64,000 bases of DNA, taken from positions 1-64,000 of the IMG/VR virus record IMGVR_UViG_3300037067_006113; one strand, 5' to 3'. The stretch is from a virus. Taxonomy: Duplodnaviria > Caudoviricetes. The notes beneath the pieces are model-generated. The model worked only from the letters and a program-made list of their open reading frames with translations. It had not been told where the DNA came from and searched no databases. A program made the translations under genes and the position numbers. The stretch's first letter is position 1. Each line of letters starts with the position of its first letter. This document shows, piece after piece, positions 10,518-17,315 of this stretch.

Positions 10518-11705
10518 TCATATTTTTCTCCTTGCTGCTGGTTGAGCGTCGTCTTTTAATAAAATTTCAAAGCGATCTAACATTTGTTTAGCTACTTTTT
10601 CTGGTGTAAGTTTTTCAGCAAACTCTTTGGCGGCTTTTCCATATTCAGCACGTTTCTTATTATCTTTTAACAAATCAACAATAGCATTTTTAAGATCATC
10701 TGGGTGTCCAATCCAATACTTAGAACCGTCTAAGTTATATGCGTATGTGCGTGGTTCTACTAACACTCCTCTATTCAGTACAACCTCGCGGACTGCCGAG
10801 TGGTTGAAGCCGATCGAAGGTACGCTCGATATGCCCGATTCCGTAAACGGAAGTCCAAAACCTTCTCCCCATGAGGGAAGAATGTTTATATCTGCAAGGT
10901 TGTACTGAATATTTAGAGCGTCATCATCAATTGGTCCTCTATTCATAGAACGTGGAAGTAATACATAATCAGTTAATCCTAATTCAGCTACAAAACGATC
11001 TAAATCATATCCATCAATCTTATTTTCATCTGTTCTAGTATTGGATATTCCAGAAGGTAATATTAAGACAGTATTTGGTAGTTCTTTTAATATTTCTTTA
11101 AAAGCATCCAATAATATTGGTACATTCTTTCTTTGTTGACCTCTGGCATTACAAATAAGAACATTAAACTCACTCAATTTATATTGAGCTTTTAACGCCT
11201 TCTTATCTTTTATTTTATGGAATACTTTAGGATTAACTGCTGGGTAAACTACCTCACCCATTAATCCTGGATTGACCATCTTACAATTTATGGCTGCAAA
11301 ATGAGAATAGAAGAAACAATAATGCATCCAGTTAAGTGATTCTCTTGAATAGAAATCTAATGGATCACTATCTAATGTTCCCCAGTGTACCCATTTAAAT
11401 GTTCCTGGATGAGCTAAGGTGAATGATATTTTTGGAAGCATGAAGAAATCTTGAACTGTTAAAACAATATCTGGCTTAAAATCATCTAGAGCAAAATGGA
11501 GTACTTCTTGTGCATAATAATCTTTAACATCGTCTAATTTAGTGTGATAAACTTGAATATCATTATCTCTAGGATAACCATTATACCCAAGTGCAACTTG
11601 TCTTACTTCATGTCCTGCTTTCTTAAAATGTGGAATTAAATCTCTTATTGCTCGTGCAAAACCAGAAGTGAATTTATAATAATCTCCATAAATGAGTATT
11701 TTCAT
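10518..11705 (-). CDS. Glycosyltransferase family 4
   Basis: SGFARAI, RKNVP, GEGFGLPFTES. Confidence 0.92.
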   Translation of the reverse strand: MKILIYGDYYKFTSGFARAIRDLIPHFKKAGHEVRQVALGYNGYPRDNDIQVYHTKLDDVKDYYAQEVLHFALDDFKPDIVLTVQDFFMLPKISFTLAHPGTFKWVHWGTLDSDPLDFYSRESLNWMHYCFFYSHFAAINCKMVNPGLMGEVVYPAVNPKVFHKIKDKKALKAQYKLSEFNVLICNARGQQRKNVPILLDAFKEILKELPNTVLILPSGISNTRTDENKIDGYDLDRFVAELGLTDYVLLPRSMNRGPIDDDALNIQYNLADINILPSWGEGFGLPFTESGISSVPSIGFNHSAVREVVLNRGVLVEPRTYAYNLDGSKYWIGHPDDLKNAIVDLLKDNKKRAEYGKAAKEFAEKLTPEKVAKQMLDRFEILLKDDAQPAARRKI

Positions 11706-11773
11706 GTTTTTTCAATAACCTAACTATCAACCAAATTGGATTATATATTATTTAATATATTCCGTCAATGTTT

Positions 11774-12347
11774 TTATATTTGTTTCCAACCACTATTAGA
11801 CTTGGTTCTAAATATCCTATTTTTATATTCTATAGAATTTACACTACCTGGTGGGTATTTTTTATTACATGTTTCAATCGTATAGATTGCCTTTTCATAT
11901 GTGGATATCTTTTTCTTGATTACACCTTCAAACTTTAATCCAGGATATTCTTCTAAGGTATAAATTACTTTATCACCTTCTTTAGGTGAACCAATCATTG
12001 CTAGTAAGTTATCTAATTGTTTTATTTTTTCTTCACTCTCCATTTTGTTTTAATTCCTTTTTAATTTTCTTTTCCCATAACTTTTTGTCTTGTTTTGATA
12101 ACTTTGACTCTTGAACACAAATACCTTTTGGCACCCCTTCCTCTACACACTTGGTACACCATTGATCTTTACCATAAGAGGTATAAACATTAATTCTTGT
12201 ACCGTCTGCTCCACGACCAAAAAATGGTTCTAAACAATGTGGACAATAATTAGGATTTATATACATGACATTCTGATTAGCGCGCTCAAATCCTTGTACG
12301 GAAGTATTATCTTGATCTTGTAATTGAATATGTGGTGTTTGTATCAT
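11774..12347 (-). other. Two hypothetical ORFs (11774..12043; 12033..12347 with CxxC pairs)
   Basis: ORF track; coupled directly downstream of rtcB. Confidence 0.55.
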
Positions 12348-12348
12348 A

Positions 12349-14478
12349 TTATCCTTTTATAACACCAAGCGGAGTTAACTCAACTGAAATTTCTATTAAA
12401 TCTTTTTGATTATCCATAACTTCTTCTATCGGTTTATATGCTCCAGGTGCTTCATCAAGATCTCCAATACTTCTAATACCATGAATTACACCTTCCATTT
12501 TCTTTTGTTCTTCCTCGAGATTTAAATTATTTTTAGCTTGGTTTCTACCCATTTTTCTTCCAGCACCATGCGAACATGACATAAAAGACTCTGGATTTCC
12601 TAATCCTTTAACAATATAGGATTTGGTTCCTTGTGAACCTGGTATAATACCAATTGTATCCTTTCTAGCTAATGTTGCTCCTTTTCTATGAATCCATACA
12701 TTTTCACCAAAGTGATTTTCTAAAGAGGCATAATTATGAGCAATATTTATAAAGTCATTTGCTAACGCACCTGTTTCCTTGTTAAATAATTCAAATATTC
12801 TATCCATCATTAGTTTTCTATTGGCAAAGGCAAATTCAACACAGTATTGCATTTCGTCTAAATAGTTTTGCCCTTCGTCTATATCTAATGGTAAAAATGC
12901 TAGATCCCATGATTTAGGTACTGCGGAATGCCATTTTTCATTTAGTTCAATTGCTAACTTATTATAATAATTAGCTACTTTTAATCCTATATTTCTTGAA
13001 CCTGAATGTATCATTATCCAAATATGACCATCTGAACCTTTTTGTATCTCAATAAAGTGATTTCCTCCTCCAAGAGTTCCTATTTGACTTAAAGCACTTT
13101 CGTATTGTTCGTCAACTACTTTCATTGGATATTTTTTATCAGGCATTAATAATTTATCTTGTCTTTTAGATTGGTGATTAAATCCAACAGGTATAACTTT
13201 TCTTATTTCACCCATAATCTTTTTAAGAGTTTCGGTATCAATTTCTGTTAAAGAAGTTTGAACCGCACACATACCACAGTTATGAACGAAAACACCAGCA
13301 TTCAATGCAAAATTGTGGTATTTATCTACGTACAGACAATATACAGGTTTAGTTTCTTGTATAGTCTCTACGAAAGCAACTTTATGATTATTATGTTCTT
13401 TCCTCTTGTGGTTATATAAGCCTATATAACTCTTTATTTTCTTACCGCAAAGTTCGCACGGATAGTACTTGTTTGCTAGTTCCTTTGACTTTATTTTACC
13501 CTTTGTAGATGTGTTATAGGCGGTAAGAAAAGGTTTTCCTCTTTTACCGTTTTCTGCTACCTTAAACAAGAACTCAGACCTTTTTTCTTTCATATATTTA
13601 ACTATGTTATTTTTACCTATCTCCTGTTTCTTTGTTAGAAATTCTTTATCTTCCTTTATTTTCTTTCTAATACCAGCTATTCTCTTTTCTTCAAAGTCAG
13701 CAGATTGCCAATAGCTATTTCTTTCTGCTATAGATCTATGAAATTTAGAATGGTCTTTGTTACCCATAAACTTCAGATTACTAGGATCGTTGTTCTGTTT
13801 GTTGAAATCAGAATGATGTATAATTGTCTTTTGATTTTCGTAACTAGGTATTTCTCCTAAACTTCCTCCACGAGCTATCGCCCAATGGGTTTTTTGATAA
13901 GATTTAGTTCTAGGATTATAAACTTTGGTATACCCATCTTTATCACTAGTAAAATCTAGATACAAAGGCATCAAAGAGTCCCCTTCTTTTAAGTCTTTTG
14001 CCTCTTTATAAGTACCATTTCTTAGCATAAATTTATGGTCTGGCGTGCAAGTAATTGGTTCTGTACCCTTTATATCTAGATATATATTCATCAGTCCTGC
14101 ATCTTTTCTGGTCATCATAGCTGTAGCTAATCCTGCACAGATATTACCTTCTTTATTGAGTGAATATACGTAAAAAGGGTCTTTTCTTTTCGTTAGGTTT
14201 TCTAGAGTATCAACCGTTCCATCTAGAAGTCTGACTTCCGTATTACCAACAAAACACCCTATATCAACCCCCACGGCATTTGGGATTATGACACCTTTAG
14301 TGGCCAATACTCCACCAATAGGCATACCGTAACCTTCATGTGAATCTGGCATAACGGCTATATGTTTGAAAGCGAATGGAAGATTTGCAAGGTTTTTTAC
14401 TTGCAATTCAGCACCATCTTCTAAATAGTTAAGCCACAATTTTATTGGTAATTTTTCTGTACTTATTACTCTATTCAT
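12349..14478 (-). CDS. rtcB: RtcB RNA ligase interrupted by an intein
   Basis: MPDSHEGYGMPIGG, AVGVDIG|C, GTLGGGNHFIE, HSGSRNIG, HRKGAT, SCSHGAGR, DEAPGAYK. Confidence 0.96.
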   Translation of the reverse strand: MNRVISTEKLPIKLWLNYLEDGAELQVKNLANLPFAFKHIAVMPDSHEGYGMPIGGVLATKGVIIPNAVGVDIGCFVGNTEVRLLDGTVDTLENLTKRKDPFYVYSLNKEGNICAGLATAMMTRKDAGLMNIYLDIKGTEPITCTPDHKFMLRNGTYKEAKDLKEGDSLMPLYLDFTSDKDGYTKVYNPRTKSYQKTHWAIARGGSLGEIPSYENQKTIIHHSDFNKQNNDPSNLKFMGNKDHSKFHRSIAERNSYWQSADFEEKRIAGIRKKIKEDKEFLTKKQEIGKNNIVKYMKEKRSEFLFKVAENGKRGKPFLTAYNTSTKGKIKSKELANKYYPCELCGKKIKSYIGLYNHKRKEHNNHKVAFVETIQETKPVYCLYVDKYHNFALNAGVFVHNCGMCAVQTSLTEIDTETLKKIMGEIRKVIPVGFNHQSKRQDKLLMPDKKYPMKVVDEQYESALSQIGTLGGGNHFIEIQKGSDGHIWIMIHSGSRNIGLKVANYYNKLAIELNEKWHSAVPKSWDLAFLPLDIDEGQNYLDEMQYCVEFAFANRKLMMDRIFELFNKETGALANDFINIAHNYASLENHFGENVWIHRKGATLARKDTIGIIPGSQGTKSYIVKGLGNPESFMSCSHGAGRKMGRNQAKNNLNLEEEQKKMEGVIHGIRSIGDLDEAPGAYKPIEEVMDNQKDLIEISVELTPLGVIKG
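13279..14256 (-). mobile_element. Intein (326 aa) with HNH homing endonuclease and C2H2 zinc finger
   Basis: Begins CFVGNTEV, block B CTPDHKF, ends HNFAL..GVFVHN before Cys+1; HHSDFNKQNNDPSNL (HNH); CELC...HKRKEH. Confidence 0.92.
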
Positions 14479-14498
14479 AATATTTCCTTTTAATTAAA

Positions 14499-14528
14499 CT
14501 CCCTCTTGATAGTCAAATCCAGAGGGAG
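14499..14528 (-). terminator. Hairpin in the rtcB leader (terminator/attenuator-like)
   Basis: CTCCCTCT/AGAGGGAG stem followed by TTTAATT on the - strand, 20 nt before the rtcB ATG. Confidence 0.55.
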
Positions 14529-14627
14529 CAAAATGCCTACTTTTTACCAGTACGCCTAATTCTACACATAAGAAATTTTAATAACCAATTAGTCAATTTG
14601 ACATTCTTAGGTTTAGAATTTTCCTTT

Positions 14628-14822
14628 TTACTCATCGTCCTCTAGACCCTCCTTTCCTAAAGTCTCGACGTCATTAATAACAAATCCTTCTTTAACTAAG
14701 TTGTTGACTTCAGAAGCAATTGCCTGTGTGTTGTCTGTATTGTCGCTATCAATGACTTTAGTCACTACACCACCTTCGTCAGAACGTGGATCATATACAC
14801 TGATCAGCACAATAGTTTTCAT
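14628..14822 (-). CDS. Small acidic hypothetical protein
   Basis: GAGGAGGT RBS; TATAAT just upstream. Confidence 0.7.
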   Translation of the reverse strand: MKTIVLISVYDPRSDEGGVVTKVIDSDNTDNTQAIASEVNNLVKEGFVINDVETLGKEGLEDDE

Positions 14823-14854
14823 GTCTACCTCCTCTAATATACATTATAACCCAT

Positions 14855-14996
14855 GTTAAGAACTAACCCGAGGAGGTGTGTGCCAGATACCCTGACAACC
14901 AGTTCCCATATAGGTTTAATCCTATAACCCTGGTGGTATCACACCCTACCCGCCGAGTCGAACGGCAGATATATCCTCTACAGGTTAATTCTTAAC
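14855..14996 (-). ncRNA. Structured RNA A: three-way junction with a canonical T-loop hairpin
   Basis: 14-bp terminal stem; TCTGCCG-TTCGACT-CGGCGGG; nested GGTGTG/CACACC, GATACC/GGTATC, ACCAG/CTGGT, TATAGG/CCTATA. Confidence 0.65.
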
Positions 14997-15000
14997 TAAA

Positions 15001-15231
15001 TATCTATAAAAAGCAGAGGGCAACCAATTGCCGAGACAAGGATTCACAGTTCGATCCCTTTCGGGGTTAAACCCGTATGTCTGACTGTGTACATATGACT
15101 ACGGTCTTAACCTTGCTACTCGTATAGTCAGGTTGCATGGTTACAAGATGTTGCCTTGTAGCAACAACCTACTGTTATATCTCAAACAGTAATGTCTACC
15201 TTTTTCCAATCACCCCTGCTTCTTATAGGTA
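15001..15231 (-). ncRNA. Structured RNA B: expanded tRNA-like scaffold with pseudoknots
   Basis: ~19-bp terminal stem; tRNA-Leu-like 5' GCAGGGGTGATTGGAAAAAGGTAGACA; split T-arm GCAAGGTT...GAATCCTTGT; core shared with RNA C. Confidence 0.7.
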
Positions 15232-15270
15232 AGGTAGGCCGCCGTAGTTAAATCAGTTTCCTACCTTACC
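15228..15270. repeat. Perfect 11-bp inverted repeat between RNAs B and C
   Basis: GGTAAGGTAGG ... CCTACCTTACC. Confidence 0.8.
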
Positions 15271-15286
15271 AAGCTTAATTTACCTT

Positions 15287-15653
15287 GCAGATACCTAGTT
15301 GGCAACCACTGCCAAGAGGCAGTCACGCGAACTGCCTTAGTAGTTTTAAGTCCTCTACAAGACGGTGCGTTTTTGTTTAAAGCGATTTGGATTCAACAGA
15401 GAATAAACTCTAATCCACTCTTTCTCTCACTCGTATAGTCCAGTTGCACGATAAGATTAGTAATCACGACTTACAGGTTTCTACTTTGTTTAATCAAGAG
15501 GCAATAAGAACACCTCACTTTATGCCCATGCGTGTTAGGTTTGTGTTTATCCGATTAGTTCTTTTTCACGGTATAACACTGGACGGCAAAGCCCCGTTTC
15601 TTATCTCACCTATAGCAGTCTCTTTCCGCCACAACTAAATACCTACTATCTGC
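15287..15653 (-). ncRNA. Structured RNA C (~367 nt), homolog of RNA B
   Basis: Terminal pairing GCAGATA..TAGTTG/CAACTA..TATCTGC; 5' GTGGCGGAAAGAGAC; 18/20 core identity with B; H-type pseudoknot at 15340-15363. Confidence 0.65.
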
Positions 15654-15758
15654 TTATCGGTCTTCTAATACCTTAACCTTAATTAAAAAGTTATGTTTGC
15701 CTTATTCTTCGGCAAAAACCTATAAGCAGGTAACAAGTGTCTAACTTTACTAAATGAC

Positions 15759-15977
15759 TTATTTAATATCTATTTCACAAACATATTCTATTTCATTTAA
15801 AGATTCGCCCTTTTTGTAACCATATTTTTCCATTTTTTCTATTGCTTCATTAGCACAACTTGCAAGAATATGGTAAATATTATAACTTTCCCAACTTGGT
15901 CCTCCATCCATTGAGGTTGAGATTTTAAAGACTTTTAGTAATTTCTTTTTTACTTCTCCTATTTTTTCTACTTTCAT
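15759..15977 (-). CDS. Hypothetical protein (start MKVEK)
   Basis: AGAAAGGA RBS before the ATG at 15977. Confidence 0.55.
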   Translation of the reverse strand: MKVEKIGEVKKKLLKVFKISTSMDGGPSWESYNIYHILASCANEAIEKMEKYGYKKGESLNEIEYVCEIDIK

Positions 15978-16121
15978 AATTATCCTTTCTTCAATGCAAA
16001 AATCAAAATTAATAATATTGTAATTGCTATATGAGTTGAAAACCAACCCCATAAAGCAATACCTATAGGTATACCAACCTGTGCTAATATCCAACTTAAA
16101 ACAACTATTAAAAGCATATAT

Positions 16122-16631
16122 TTATCCTTTCAAAACTTCGTAAATTCTCTTCGGTTTATAACCTACAGAATCAACAGATACGTCAAAGTGTCTATCAGTA
16201 GGTTTTTCTCCCCTATGCTCATTTCCATGTAAGTGTCCATGTATATTATACCAATTATCTGGTAAGTCTAAGACTGGTTCATGTGTGAATATTACTGTTT
16301 TGTAATTATCATATTTATCTTTGAATCTTCTATATATTGGCTCAATTACAGTAAATCCACAATCTTTATACCACTTTTCACTTGCACCATCGTGATTACC
16401 ACGTATCATATATTTCTCACCGCGTAATTGGTTACAATACTCTATTGTTTTCTCTTTATTAACAAAACTTAAATCACCTAAGAATAAAACACTATCGTGT
16501 TTACCCACAACTGCATTCCAACCGTTTATTATTAATTCATTATAATTAGGTGGACGTAATGTCAGGTTACACAGATTTTCATGTCCAAAGTGAAAATCAC
16601 TAATTACAAACCATTGTTCAGTTAGTTTCAT
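16122..16631 (-). CDS. Calcineurin-like metallophosphoesterase
   Basis: SDFHFGH, LGD, GNHD, HEP, HGHLH. Confidence 0.92.
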   Translation of the reverse strand: MKLTEQWFVISDFHFGHENLCNLTLRPPNYNELIINGWNAVVGKHDSVLFLGDLSFVNKEKTIEYCNQLRGEKYMIRGNHDGASEKWYKDCGFTVIEPIYRRFKDKYDNYKTVIFTHEPVLDLPDNWYNIHGHLHGNEHRGEKPTDRHFDVSVDSVGYKPKRIYEVLKG

Positions 16632-17277
16632 ATGATCTTAATATAAAGTCTTCAATCCAATCAAAGTCTGGTTTAAATTTATACCCTGTCTTATTAAGAC
16701 TTTCAGCAAGTTCGAATTGTGCAATTGTAAATCTTTTTGAAAGTTCAGGTATTAACTCATTTCTCCAATTATATTTAACGTCTAATAGAAAATCTCTATT
16801 CTTAGTTACAATAGGATTGAAGTCCCCAGTTTCTATAAGTTGTTTACCTTGTTCCAATACCCTTAAATAGGCAATAGCAAATTTAGGAGTCCTTGCGTCA
16901 GGTGTAAAAAGGTTCATTTTTCTGTATTGACTTTCAGCATATCCTTTATGTGCGTCATAAATATAGTGGCTATCAAGAAACTTTTGTCTATTGGCCTGTA
17001 GTTCTTCACCAATTGGTGTGTTTTCTCTTACCATATTTGACCATAATATTTCAAGGATTGTGGCATTGCCTTTTGTAGCATATTTACAGAATTCTCTAAG
17101 TTCGTGGGCAGTATTGTCTTCGTCTCCTTCAACCCATGAAGTATTCTTTTGTTTCTTAAAAGGTGAAAGAATCTCCTTTAGAGAGTGCATAAATATACCT
17201 CTAATATCATAGTCAGAATTCTCGTTATTTAATTTATGTAGTCTTGAGCCAACTACGACTGATAACACAGTTTTCAT
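16618..17277 (-). CDS. DNA polymerase beta-superfamily nucleotidyltransferase (YcgL/RlaP-like)
   Basis: VVGSRLHKLNNENSDYDIRGIF, ELREF, GNATILE. Confidence 0.85.
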   Translation of the reverse strand: MKTVLSVVVGSRLHKLNNENSDYDIRGIFMHSLKEILSPFKKQKNTSWVEGDEDNTAHELREFCKYATKGNATILEILWSNMVRENTPIGEELQANRQKFLDSHYIYDAHKGYAESQYRKMNLFTPDARTPKFAIAYLRVLEQGKQLIETGDFNPIVTKNRDFLLDVKYNWRNELIPELSKRFTIAQFELAESLNKTGYKFKPDFDWIEDFILRSYETN

Positions 17278-17283
17278 ACTGCT

Positions 17284-17312
17284 ATTATATCATACTTTTA
17301 TGTAATAGTTAA
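17284..17312 (-). promoter_or_regulatory. Sigma70-type promoter for the RNA-repair island
   Basis: TTAACT-17-TATAAT with extended TG, directly upstream of the NTase ATG (near-leaderless). Confidence 0.6.
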
Positions 17313-17315
17313 TAA

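Noticed and set aside
15118-15448. GACTATACG / TATAGTC as group I intron P7 (R/S) elements
   Set aside because: The two copies are direct repeats in separate end-paired units, not a complementary R/S pair; no interrupted host gene is evident. A covariance-model search is still warranted
15444-15638. + strand 64-aa ORF in the RNA array
   Set aside because: TTG start without an RBS, opposite to all genes, and overlaps a structured RNA
15287-15653. RNA C as tmRNA (similar size, pseudoknots)
   Set aside because: No GGGG..CCA alanine acceptor with G3:U70, no 3' T-arm, and no evident tag ORF
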